DNA from: a virus
Taxonomy: Duplodnaviria; Heunggongvirae; Uroviricota; Caudoviricetes
IMG/VR virus record: IMGVR_UViG_3300008111_001458
DNA: 32,028 bases
Reading direction: 5' to 3' (one strand)
Shown: piece by piece, positions 1 through 8,612 of the stretch
Position numbering within the stretch: the stretch's first letter is position 1
How the letters are laid out: the number at the start of each line of letters is the position of its first letter
Made by a program: the position numbers and the translations under genes
Notes under the pieces: model-generated
What the model was told of the DNA's origin: nothing
The model's database searches: none
Seen by the model: the letters and a program-made list of their open reading frames with translations, nothing else

Positions 1-416
1 CTTTTTGGATCACGAAAACGTATCACATCCTGCTGGCAGTTGCGAGCCAGGGTGTCATTGTCCACACCCTCTGCAATCAACTGTCGTACTAGATCCCAGT
101 CTATCTGCTTCTTAGGGTAAGTGCCCACTACCACGGGTAGGTCTTGGTCCACCATCTCAGTTAGATGGGGCTCTGGGCTGAAGCCCACGTCAGCATCTAA
201 CCAAAATAAGTGTGTGCAGTTTGAGTCCATGAACTCCTGTGTGAGATCATTGCGAGCATGACTGATTGAGCTTTGGTTGGTACGGAACACAAACTCCACA
301 TAGATCTTGTGAGTATGGCTCCAGTGCTTGATCTGCAGCAGTGTTTCTATATAGTTGGCGCAGCCCTGACCCCCGTACATGGGGGTGGCTACCATAATTC
401 TTGTGCTAGGGTTCAT
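1..416 (-). CDS. GT-A fold glycosyltransferase-like protein (partial, runs off window; not in ORF track)
   Basis: Manual translation from ATG at 416 (ATGA overlap with stop of 413..1033): MNPSTRIMVATPMYGG...SISHARNDLTQEFMDSNCTHLFWLDADVGF...VVVGTYPKKQIDW. Shows ATP start, ARN and a DAD (DxD) motif typical of GT2-like proteins. Confidence 0.7.
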   Translation of the reverse strand, partial: MNPSTRIMVATPMYGGQGCANYIETLLQIKHWSHTHKIYVEFVFRTNQSSISHARNDLTQEFMDSNCTHLFWLDADVGFSPEPHLTEMVDQDLPVVVGTYPKKQIDWDLVRQLIAEGVDNDTLARNCQQDVIRFRDPK

Positions 417-1033
417 AATTGAAATTGTGTGTAATAGGGTTCGGCAAGTGGGTCCATGAGCATGGTAATCAACTGATCGTAGTCTACCAAGGTTGACCCC
501 CAATACTGTTGCTGCACAGCTTCAAAGTTCTCACGACTCTGTAGCACCCAGGGCCAGCTGTGGGCTGGGTAGTAGGCCAAGCTGATGTGATTGAGACTGG
601 AGTCCTGGGTCACATACTTGTGTCGTTCTAGGGTCAGGGGTATGCAGCAGATCATTTCCATCAATCGCATTCTGTTGGCTGTTAGAGATAGATCACAGGC
701 CCTGATGATGCTGCTGGGGTCTCTGACCTTGTCTACGCTGGTACCCGGACTTTTAACACGGGTCAGGCCCAGTAAAAACTTATTGCGCTGGCGTATGTGA
801 TTGAAGTCTAGTCTAAAACGAATTTTAGGCTCACCAGTGACTAGATCTGGCACTGCAACCCACCCTGGCTCTCCAGTAAGCAAACAGGTCAACTGTCGAG
901 TTGGATCACCCATGTATATGTGCTGCAACACAGATAGGTTTAGATTTTTATAGTAGGCCTTTTTGATTTCGCCCGCTTTGTCACAAGTGGGTTGAAATAG
1001 GGCATCTACTGGTATGTAAATTTTTTTTGTCAT
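413..1033 (-). CDS. hypothetical protein (206 aa)
   Basis: Open frame, translationally coupled to the downstream GT gene; no recognised motif. Confidence 0.6.
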   Translation of the reverse strand: MTKKIYIPVDALFQPTCDKAGEIKKAYYKNLNLSVLQHIYMGDPTRQLTCLLTGEPGWVAVPDLVTGEPKIRFRLDFNHIRQRNKFLLGLTRVKSPGTSVDKVRDPSSIIRACDLSLTANRMRLMEMICCIPLTLERHKYVTQDSSLNHISLAYYPAHSWPWVLQSRENFEAVQQQYWGSTLVDYDQLITMLMDPLAEPYYTQFQL

Positions 1034-1118
1034 TATGGTTACGGTGTCTTAACAGTGGTCGTCCACTAAATTAATTATCTGCGTAGATTATTCCACAGTT
1101 TAGATATGAGTTAAATAT

Positions 1119-2219
1119 ATGACTATGGCAAATCCTTTAGATCAATTAACTACCTATACTCAAGAAAATCCCAACAGTCTTACTGCTGCTGTGGAAAGAC
1201 GCAGCACTGTCAATCCTTTGGCACGTAGATTGAACACAGTAATCGCAGCCAGTGCCAATCAAACAGTGTCCACAATCACAACAGACACCACTGAAATAAT
1301 CGGTGATGTTGAGATAGGCACAGCCGATGCAGTTGTGACTGTACCAGCAGAAAGCATTGAAGCATTAAAACAAGAACTATTAAATGATTACATCAGCCCG
1401 TTAACTGATGTAATTGCCAACCTAGAAAGTTTCAGTGGTGACCTAGAAGGCACCCCACCTAATGCACAGATCAGAGAAAATGCTGTGGGCATCAGAGAAT
1501 TAAATGTAATAGACGGTACCAACGGACAGGTATTGGCCACTGATGGTGCCGGTAATCTCAGCTTTGTCACTGCTTCGTTAGGTGGGGGTGGGGGTGGCGG
1601 AACTTTTATTCTACCCACTGCCACAGCCAGTGTGTTAGGTGGCGTAAAGATTGGTTCAAATATTACCATTACTAACGGTGTGATCAGTGTAGCAGCTCCC
1701 TTTAGTGCTAGCTACAACGATTTAAGTAATAGACCCACGCTGACCACGGGTAATGTTAAATCTGTAGCAGTTGCAGGACAGACCACTGTTACCTTGGCAC
1801 AGGATGATACCCTTACTTTAGTAGCAGGAGTTGCTATAGGTATTACAACAAACAGTACCAATAAGTCTGTGACCATAAGCAGTGCTAGAACAGTGAGAGC
1901 AGATACTGTGGGAGCCGCATCCTACGGTCTGGATTGTACTTTATACAATGCATGGAACCTTACACTAACTGCCAGTGCTGCAACCACTGTACAGATTGCC
2001 ACAGGTAAGGCCCCTCCAAACGGTGTAGAATACGAGATGCGAATTTTTATAACCTATAAGGCCAATTCTTCTGTAACGTTTAACCTTCCTGGTTTGAAAT
2101 GGCCCGGAAACATAGTTCCAACACAAACGGGTACGGCCGATAAAATAGATATCTTTGCTTTTACTACAATAGATGGCGGCAGTATCTGGTATGGCTCAGT
2201 ATTAGGACAGAACTTCTAA
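1119..2219 (+). CDS. tail fibre-like virion protein
   Basis: Thr/Gly-rich; GTNGQVLATDGAGNLSF and LPTATASVLGGVKIGSNITI motifs common in phage fibres; C-terminal KWPG..PT.T.TADKIDIFAFTTIDGG..WYG domain; TAAATA at 1112. Start may be ATG 1125. Confidence 0.7.
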   Translation: MTMANPLDQLTTYTQENPNSLTAAVERRSTVNPLARRLNTVIAASANQTVSTITTDTTEIIGDVEIGTADAVVTVPAESIEALKQELLNDYISPLTDVIANLESFSGDLEGTPPNAQIRENAVGIRELNVIDGTNGQVLATDGAGNLSFVTASLGGGGGGGTFILPTATASVLGGVKIGSNITITNGVISVAAPFSASYNDLSNRPTLTTGNVKSVAVAGQTTVTLAQDDTLTLVAGVAIGITTNSTNKSVTISSARTVRADTVGAASYGLDCTLYNAWNLTLTASAATTVQIATGKAPPNGVEYEMRIFITYKANSSVTFNLPGLKWPGNIVPTQTGTADKIDIFAFTTIDGGSIWYGSVLGQNF

Positions 2220-2914
2220 TGTGGAGTCATAGCCCTACAGTAAGCTTTGCCAGAGCCGGTAGTGTAATTTGGCAAAATATTCCAGCTAGTACTGGTAATT
2301 TGGATGTTGAAATATCTCAGTTTGGTATTTTACCAGGTCAAAGTGTTTTATATCATTGGGCCACTAATCGTGCCAATGGTGCTACCACAGTGGCCCATGC
2401 TGGCCTAACTCCAACAACTACTCTAGGAGTAGCAAATACTGGTAATACCGTATCTCAAGGGTTTGTATTAGTTCACTACCCCCTTGGACTCAGTGTTAAT
2501 ACTTTTGTTACATTCAGTAAGGCAAACTTCTGGGGTCCATGGTGTACACTCAGTGCTTGGCGTTTTACCAACGTTTTATATATTGCTAATGCACTGGCTC
2601 TTAACGGTAATGTAGTTGCCAACACCCCTGTTGGATCTGGATTTGGTTTTACTTCAGGCAATGTGTTTAGACCAGGGTATAAAAAATCAATAGCGGTGTT
2701 TGCAACCTCAGTGGCCACAGGTACAGCACTGACTTTAACTGGGATTGGAAATGGATATACCGCACTGGCTCAGTATTCCAACACCAATCTCAGTGTTACC
2801 TGGCAGGCCAGACATTGGCCAATATCTTTACCAGAAACTAAAGACATAGTAGCATGGGCATTCAATGCCAGTCAAACTGACACAAATTTTGCTATTATAC
2901 GTCTTGTAATCTAG
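2219..2914 (+). CDS. beta-rich hypothetical protein, probable fibre-associated
   Basis: TAATG coupling to the fibre gene; Thr/Gly/Asn/aromatic-rich composition. Confidence 0.55.
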   Translation: MWSHSPTVSFARAGSVIWQNIPASTGNLDVEISQFGILPGQSVLYHWATNRANGATTVAHAGLTPTTTLGVANTGNTVSQGFVLVHYPLGLSVNTFVTFSKANFWGPWCTLSAWRFTNVLYIANALALNGNVVANTPVGSGFGFTSGNVFRPGYKKSIAVFATSVATGTALTLTGIGNGYTALAQYSNTNLSVTWQARHWPISLPETKDIVAWAFNASQTDTNFAIIRLVI

Positions 2915-2922
2915 GAGAATTT

Positions 2923-3120
2923 ATGAATAAAATTGTAATGGTTAACGGCGCTACCGTTAAAGTTGTGAATGAAACAGAAGTTGACAGTTTAGTAGAAAAC
3001 TTAAAACTTGTTCTGCCCGATGCACAAATTAACATAATAGATTATGTTGATGCTAATTCTATAATTGATATGAAAGACGCAAGCTTTACTGTTGTAAACC
3101 TTGAAGATCCTACAGTTTGA
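2923..3120 (+). CDS. small hypothetical protein (possible fibre chaperone)
   Basis: GGAG RBS upstream; 65 aa, acidic; chaperone role inferred from position only. Confidence 0.55.
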   Translation: MNKIVMVNGATVKVVNETEVDSLVENLKLVLPDAQINIIDYVDANSIIDMKDASFTVVNLEDPTV

Positions 3121-3132
3121 TTAAATAGTTAT

Positions 3133-3501
3133 ATGAAATTGATTTTAACTTTGCTTTTAGCTGTGTCTTTATCTGGTTGTGCAGTAGTAGATAAAGTAAA
3201 ACAAATGTGGCCTAGAGCGCATGATCCTGTTTTAGTTGATCGCTGGGTTACAGTTAGTCTAGCTATTGAGCGTGTAGATTGCGCAGCAACACCCACAGGG
3301 TGGACAGATGTTGTTGTTCCAGCAGAACATCTAGCAAGACTCACAGAGTTTCGCAATGATCCACAGGCTAAGAACATGAGAGGGCTTGCTGATCATGCGG
3401 TGCGTATGAGCAAAGGTGGTAGCAAGACATTTTGTGAATTAGGTAAAAAGACCGCTGACCAAAGATTGGCGGCAGCTAAATCTGCTTGGGAGGGTAGATG
3501 A
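3133..3501 (+). CDS. lipoprotein
   Basis: Signal peptide II MKLILTLLLAVSLSG-C16 with lipobox LSGC; TAAATA at 3122. Confidence 0.75.
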   Translation: MKLILTLLLAVSLSGCAVVDKVKQMWPRAHDPVLVDRWVTVSLAIERVDCAATPTGWTDVVVPAEHLARLTEFRNDPQAKNMRGLADHAVRMSKGGSKTFCELGKKTADQRLAAAKSAWEGR

Positions 3502-3689
3502 TGCATCCATTAGAACAAGAAGTACAGGCAATTGTAGAACAGTGTCAATTAGGTAATATTTCTCTAGAAGAACAAAATTATCTATTGCAAGAAATTCGTG
3601 ATATCCGTGCTGCTCAAGAATGTGCTGGTGATGAACAGATGTTTAGATACATAGTACAGGCTTGTAACATAGCAATGAAAATTGTTTAA
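3498..3689 (+). CDS. hypothetical protein (63 aa)
   Basis: ATGA overlap with the lipoprotein gene; helical composition. Confidence 0.6.
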   Translation: MMHPLEQEVQAIVEQCQLGNISLEEQNYLLQEIRDIRAAQECAGDEQMFRYIVQACNIAMKIV

Positions 3690-3701
3690 TTAAATAATAT
3701 T

Positions 3702-3941
3702 ATGAGAATAGCAGAAGTAGTTGAGAGACCAGTAGATGAAGCACCTGCAAGTCGCGCCTTATGCACTTCAGGTAAACCAGATTCTGCCTTAGGTGCTAGC
3801 CAGTTGGCTTCATGTAAGAGCCAAGGTTACAGATCCAGAGACGGTGGCAAAAGTCATAAGATCGGCCAAGAACGTGTAAAAGTTCGCGGCAAGAAAATCA
3901 AAGGTAAGAAATATGGAGGTCCTCTTCCGGACTGGAGCTGA
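3702..3941 (+). CDS. small basic late protein, probable head-internal protein
   Basis: TAAATA at 3691; N-terminus MRIAEVVERPVDE-A; Lys/Gly-rich C-terminal half. Confidence 0.55.
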   Translation: MRIAEVVERPVDEAPASRALCTSGKPDSALGASQLASCKSQGYRSRDGGKSHKIGQERVKVRGKKIKGKKYGGPLPDWS

Positions 3942-4510
3942 TGGATATTAAAAATCATTATGAAGTAAATGTAGGGGATATGTTGGTTGCACCCCCTAAC
4001 ATGAAAGACCCAAGATTCAACAAATCCGTAGTTTTAATTACCCGTGTTAGTGAACATGGAAGTCAAGGATTTGTTATCAATAAACAAACTAGTCATGGTA
4101 TTAACAGTCTAATTGATGATACCGGACTAACTCTAGATCAAAACTATCCTTTATATTGGGGCGGCCCAGTAAATCAAAATACTGTATGGATGCTACACGA
4201 TTCTAATTGGGGTTTAGAACAAACATTATCTATTAACGATCAATGGAGCATGACCAGTCATCGTAATATGTTTGAAGCACTAAAGGTTGGACACATGCCT
4301 GCTAGATTTAAAATTCTTTATGGATTTGCAGGTTGGGGTGCTGATCAATTAGAAAATGAAATCCGTGGAGAATATCCTTGGAACCAAAACTCCAGTTGGC
4401 TTATTCTCCACGAACCCGATCCAAATTGGATCGTAGAAAGAGATGCAGAAGATCTGTGGACTGACGCTATAACTTTTACAGCTAATCAAACAGTTTCTAC
4501 TTGGTTGTGA
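3941..4510 (+). CDS. YqgE/AlgH family protein (DUF179)
   Basis: LVAPPNMKDPRFNKSVVLI, GFVINK, YWGGPV, GFAGWGADQLENEI and terminal LW motifs. Confidence 0.88.
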   Translation: MDIKNHYEVNVGDMLVAPPNMKDPRFNKSVVLITRVSEHGSQGFVINKQTSHGINSLIDDTGLTLDQNYPLYWGGPVNQNTVWMLHDSNWGLEQTLSINDQWSMTSHRNMFEALKVGHMPARFKILYGFAGWGADQLENEIRGEYPWNQNSSWLILHEPDPNWIVERDAEDLWTDAITFTANQTVSTWL

Positions 4511-4772
4511 GTTTATCGCTATTCTTGATTGTATCAAGCAACTCCTGCTTCTCCTTTTGATACTTGCGCCACTGTTCTTGAGAACCATCCCACACAACCC
4601 ATTTAAGCATAGATCCTAGAATCACTATCATGGGAACTAGACTTAGATAGAAAACATAAGGTGGTTCAGACACCATTGCTGCTCCAAAGAATGCAGCACT
4701 AACTATCCAGCATTTCTGCCAGAATTCAAACTTTTTCCATTGCCACGATACAAAATTCCAAACGTCTTTCAT
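4497..4772 (-). CDS. membrane protein (2 TM)
   Basis: Two hydrophobic segments; overlaps the yqgE-like 3' end convergently by 14 bp. Confidence 0.6.
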   Translation of the reverse strand: MKDVWNFVSWQWKKFEFWQKCWIVSAAFFGAAMVSEPPYVFYLSLVPMIVILGSMLKWVVWDGSQEQWRKYQKEKQELLDTIKNSDKLTTK

Positions 4773-5177
4773 TTAGACCTCCTCAAAAAGTTGACTAAAC
4801 ATAGGATTAACATACGAATAAGTTTTCTTATGATCTCCAAACAGCTTAGTTTTTTTGTTATGACAATTAGCACATAAGATTTTTAAATTATCTTTAGAAG
4901 TATTGAGTTTATCTCCGTCGTGATGATCAATAGTTAAACTGTCATTATAAGGATCTCTACAGAACCATCCTAGATATCCAGATCGATTTTCACATCCAAC
5001 ACTTTGTTTCCACTCGTCAACTTCAAATTTTAATGCGTTTCTATGAGCTGCACAAAATGTAGTCCACTTCCATACAGGACTACCATCTAATTTGTTATTT
5101 CTTTTGTGATATCCTACTTGATTTAAACAACTAGGTAAACTGCATTTTGGTGCATGTTGTTTAGATAGAGATACCAT
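4773..5177 (-). CDS. HNH endonuclease with N-terminal Cys/His zinc-finger
   Basis: TIDHHDGDKLNTSKDNLKILCANCHNKKT HNH core; CSLPSC...CAAH at N-terminus. Confidence 0.85.
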   Translation of the reverse strand: MVSLSKQHAPKCSLPSCLNQVGYHKRNNKLDGSPVWKWTTFCAAHRNALKFEVDEWKQSVGCENRSGYLGWFCRDPYNDSLTIDHHDGDKLNTSKDNLKILCANCHNKKTKLFGDHKKTYSYVNPMFSQLFEEV

Positions 5178-5442
5178 TGTCTATTCCTTTAGGTAAATTA
5201 ATTTGCCTGTTATACTGACTGTTAATACTGTTGTCTGCTTCTGGACCGGGATACTTTACATTGCTTTCTACTCCGAGTCCAAACGCTGCACGAATGTTCT
5301 TTTTATCTGCTTGACTACCACAGATTTGCGCACACTCTTCTGCTACTAGCTCTGCTAACATTTCCATGCGATGTTGACAGTCTTCTGTAATGTATTTGTG
5401 AAGACCGTGATCTAACATTAATTGTTTAAGTCGTTGGTTCAT
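5161..5442 (-). CDS. hypothetical protein
   Basis: Coupled small ORF; AELVAEECAQIC motif resembles FAEMIVKECVQV in 5632..5952 (related small phage proteins). Confidence 0.6.
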   Translation of the reverse strand: MNQRLKQLMLDHGLHKYITEDCQHRMEMLAELVAEECAQICGSQADKKNIRAAFGLGVESNVKYPGPEADNSINSQYNRQINLPKGIDNGISI

Positions 5443-5635
5443 TCTTCAACTCCATATAAGGTGCTATGTCGTTGTCAAAGATCTGTGCCATTACTGACCA
5501 TATCCATTGACGCTCTTGTTCAGTAGTTCCAGAAGAAATAACATCTGCAAATCCTGTGCCTACTTGTTTTTCAAGCCCGTAGTCGTGTCTATATGTATAA
5601 CACATTGAAGTGATTATTTCTTCACGTGTTTTCAT
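5426..5635 (-). CDS. hypothetical protein
   Basis: ATGA-coupled small ORF with GGAG upstream. Confidence 0.6.
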   Translation of the reverse strand: MKTREEIITSMCYTYRHDYGLEKQVGTGFADVISSGTTEQERQWIWSVMAQIFDNDIAPYMELKNEPTT

Positions 5636-5952
5636 TCTTCAACTCCAAAATGTTTCTTAATCTGTCTAGCAATAATAGCACCCATATCATCATCACGATG
5701 ACTACTGTTTAATGATACCTGAACACATTCCTTTACAATCATCTCAGCAAATCTATGAGCAGTGGGTTTCCACATTGGACTGTGATAGATATTAAAATGA
5801 GCTTTATCGGCTATCTCTTTAAATGGATCTTCCAGTTCGGCTAAAGACTGATTACGTTTTTTTACAAACTCATCATACTCTTCTTGTGTTCCTAACTGAT
5901 ATCCACCATCGCCTGCGTGAATGTCTGCGCCTGCTTTAATATTTTCATTCAT
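5632..5952 (-). CDS. hypothetical protein
   Basis: Coupled ORF; FAEMIVKEC...IKKHFGVEE C-terminus. Confidence 0.6.
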   Translation of the reverse strand: MNENIKAGADIHAGDGGYQLGTQEEYDEFVKKRNQSLAELEDPFKEIADKAHFNIYHSPMWKPTAHRFAEMIVKECVQVSLNSSHRDDDMGAIIARQIKKHFGVEE

Positions 5953-5954
5953 TA

Positions 5955-6188
5955 TTATCCCTTTAATTCTTTCAAGACCTGCTCTTTAGCACGACGATCA
6001 AGATCAACTTCATTGGCCTCAATAATTTTGTAAGACATCAAATCAATAAATTCCATAACTGCTTCTTTGCCACTATCAGTAAGATGACTATAACCAGCAC
6101 CTACAGATGAATGATAGTAGTATCTATTATTGTTTAGAATCTCTTCTAATCCACCGTAAACTAGATCTTTGATAGCACCTTTTTGCAT
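5955..6188 (-). CDS. hypothetical protein (77 aa; start corrected to ATG 6188)
   Basis: ATG lies 2 nt after the ligase stop with AAGGTG upstream; the ORF-track extension to 6461 overlaps the ligase C-terminus. Confidence 0.6.
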   Translation of the reverse strand: MQKGAIKDLVYGGLEEILNNNRYYYHSSVGAGYSHLTDSGKEAVMEFIDLMSYKIIEANEVDLDRRAKEQVLKELKG

Positions 6189-6189
6189 C

Positions 6190-7518
6190 TTAGATTTTTT
6201 CACCTTTCGTAAAGCCACGGAATCGGAGGAATCTTGGGAAGCGTAAGGACCAAACATCTTCGCTGTCCTGGCTCCTAGTTGCCGCATCCGCCCTGACTTC
6301 CACAACTTGACCAATAAGGGTATCACGGACATCCCAGTAATCAGTGCGTTGGTCATCGGTAAAGCCGGACCCAACATTGACTTTAATAAACTTACCGTCA
6401 TCTTCACCCTCGCAGATGAGAGCTCCAAGTCGTCCTTCATTTCTACCAGTTCCTTCCTCATAGGCTGTTACAGTTAGGCTCACTTCAATAAAAGGTTTCA
6501 TTTTGAGCCAACTAGCAGAACGTTTGCACTCATATGGTGCATCCACATCCTTAATCATAATTCCTTCGTATCCATCTTCAATCATTTGTTTGTTGAAGTC
6601 CTGGAATTCAATTTTTCCAACCAGTGTTTCTAAATCAACTTCGACCCACGGTACGATGGTAATGCACCCACTGTCTCCAAATAGGTTAGTAAAGTTAGAC
6701 TTGAGAAAGTTAAGTCTGCGACGCTGACCCAATGCACTTTCACCTTGTTTAAATTCTACAAGTGGAATGATATCAAAAATGTTAAGCACAGCATCGCCTG
6801 CAGATACGTTGTCTTTGCGATGTACTTGTTTCATTAAATCTTGAAATGAGTTACTCATGATCTCGCCATCGATTACATAGCTGCGACTAATTTCATCTAA
6901 GTGATCTTCAAGGTACTTTGTGATATGTGCAAAGTTTTCTAACACTTTGCCATTGCGTGTATATTGGGTAACAGTACGTGCTTCGTAATTAACTACAGTA
7001 AGACAGCGAACGCCATCTAGTTTCTTCTGCAGAATCTTAGTACCTGTGATTTTACTTTCATGATTCTGACTATCATGACTTAGCATACATTCAAACACAG
7101 GAACGGCGTACTGTGTCTTTTTTTGTTTTTTAGCAACTGTGTTAACAGTTTTCTCTGATACACCGCAACGTAAATCTTTAATAAGAATACGACGGTAGTA
7201 GTCGTTCCATTGCGCCTGTGTGGCCACACCCATTGCTAATAATACGGCATCACGAGCAGCATGACCGGTGAGTTCACGACGATATAGACTTTCGGCCAGT
7301 TGCTTAAAGTTTTCCCAACTTAGGCCTTGACCGTTGTTCTCTTCTTTAATAGGAACTTGTTTGACACCAAAAGTGTAAAGATTGTCAAGCGCCATACGAA
7401 CGCCTTCAAAGAACTCGTCAAGTCCTTCATTCATAGCGTCTGCTAGAATAGCTTCTTTGGCTAAACGACTGTTATCTGCTTCAAGTTTTTGAATGATAAC
7501 TTCTGGTTGTGTGCGCAT
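6190..7518 (-). CDS. lig: ATP-dependent DNA ligase
   Basis: KLDGVR (motif I), DGEI, FD, EGIMIK, WLKMK, OB-fold VGSGF and SLRFPRF motifs; T4 gp30-like N-terminal domain. Confidence 0.96.
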   Translation of the reverse strand: MRTQPEVIIQKLEADNSRLAKEAILADAMNEGLDEFFEGVRMALDNLYTFGVKQVPIKEENNGQGLSWENFKQLAESLYRRELTGHAARDAVLLAMGVATQAQWNDYYRRILIKDLRCGVSEKTVNTVAKKQKKTQYAVPVFECMLSHDSQNHESKITGTKILQKKLDGVRCLTVVNYEARTVTQYTRNGKVLENFAHITKYLEDHLDEISRSYVIDGEIMSNSFQDLMKQVHRKDNVSAGDAVLNIFDIIPLVEFKQGESALGQRRRLNFLKSNFTNLFGDSGCITIVPWVEVDLETLVGKIEFQDFNKQMIEDGYEGIMIKDVDAPYECKRSASWLKMKPFIEVSLTVTAYEEGTGRNEGRLGALICEGEDDGKFIKVNVGSGFTDDQRTDYWDVRDTLIGQVVEVRADAATRSQDSEDVWSLRFPRFLRFRGFTKGEKI

Positions 7519-7550
7519 CTGTGCCTCGCTCTGTTAACTACAATAACCAT

Positions 7551-7579
7551 ATTGTAGCATCAGTGCGAGGCATTGTCAA
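7551..7579 (-). promoter_or_regulatory. sigma70-type promoter of ligase, with extended -10
   Basis: TTGACA (7579-7574), 17 nt, TACAAT (7556-7551) preceded by TGc; embedded in inverted repeats. Confidence 0.8.
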
Positions 7580-7580
7580 C

Positions 7581-8612
7581 TTATTCTTCTGAGAATAGTT
7601 CGTTGGCTATGTTGGATTGTTTTTTCTTTTTACCAAACCCGCGATTGCCCATACCTGGGTGATTGGTTTTGTTATCAACAATGATGTTACCTGCACGTTC
7701 ATTTGGAACAAAGAAATAGTCCATGATGCCTTTGACTTTGGCCCAAGTATCTGGAAGTTTGTCGCCCTTGAATGTGTAGATACTGTAGTTTCCAATTTGA
7801 TTAATAAAGAAATCTGCAATATCTTGCGGAGTATAACTAAACTTTTTAGCCTGTGCTTCAACCATTTCTAGTTGAACTATTGGACGACATCTGCGTATAG
7901 TCTGTTCGCCGCCCTTAAGAACAGGAAACTCATATCCCTCAACGTCAACTTTTATAATGTCAACATTTTCAAAATTATATGAGTCTAGTGTATTAACTGT
8001 GACTGTATGCAATGTATAATTAGTCTTGTCTTTACGTCCTTCTGTAAGGATACAATTGTGCCCAGCATTATTCGGATGATGTTCCATTTGAAATGATCCA
8101 GGAACTTCGCCTAGTCCTACATTGTGTGTATGAATATTTCCTGTAATGGAAAGACTAGCAAATTGTCCATTAGATAGTTTGTACCAACCATCTGCATGAT
8201 TAGGATCGTGAACTGTATTAACTGTCTTTGTATCCCAATAACGACCTTTTAGTTCTACATGTTTATTGAGATTGATATTTTCTAACGCCATTTGATAGGT
8301 ATCGGGAAATGGTTCAAACCCGTGAACGTCCTGCGCCCATGTAGCATATTCCATTGTATTGTTTGCAACGTTCATGCCTACATCAATAATTGTGCGAGCG
8401 TTAGGAATTACATTTCTTAAGAATTTAAGATTGCGTCCCTGATAAGGACCGTTTTCTCTAGCAAAACGCTGCACATAAAGGGCATCTCCTTTGGTTACCC
8501 AATAGAGTCTGCCCATACGATTATGTATTAATTCTTTAGTTGGATCGTTTGTTAAGTTGCCTAATGTTCTAAAATGATTGATGTCCCATTCATGCCATTG
8601 ATAGTTTTTCAT
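7581..8612 (-). CDS. FkbM family SAM-dependent methyltransferase
   Basis: IIDVGMNVAN, VHGFEPFP, NVGLG, TLDSY, IIKVDVEGYEFPVLKGG motifs. Confidence 0.9.
   Translation of the reverse strand: MKNYQWHEWDINHFRTLGNLTNDPTKELIHNRMGRLYWVTKGDALYVQRFARENGPYQGRNLKFLRNVIPNARTIIDVGMNVANNTMEYATWAQDVHGFEPFPDTYQMALENINLNKHVELKGRYWDTKTVNTVHDPNHADGWYKLSNGQFASLSITGNIHTHNVGLGEVPGSFQMEHHPNNAGHNCILTEGRKDKTNYTLHTVTVNTLDSYNFENVDIIKVDVEGYEFPVLKGGEQTIRRCRPIVQLEMVEAQAKKFSYTPQDIADFFINQIGNYSIYTFKGDKLPDTWAKVKGIMDYFFVPNERAGNIIVDNKTNHPGMGNRGFGKKKKQSNIANELFSEE

Noticed and set aside
1581-1600. G-rich tract as G-quadruplex or phase-variation site
   Set aside because: Interrupted GGT/GGG codons encoding a Gly linker; only two long G runs and no long homopolymer.
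1388-1669. Minus-strand ORF with a poly-Pro run
   Set aside because: Shadow of the Gly linker (GGGGGGG) in the fibre gene; no RBS or promoter.
1119-2914. Diversity-generating retroelement target
   Set aside because: No reverse transcriptase and no template/variable repeat pair in the window.
6189-6461. N-terminal extension of ORF 5955..6461
   Set aside because: Overlaps the ligase C-terminus in another frame; ATG 6188 is the coupled start.
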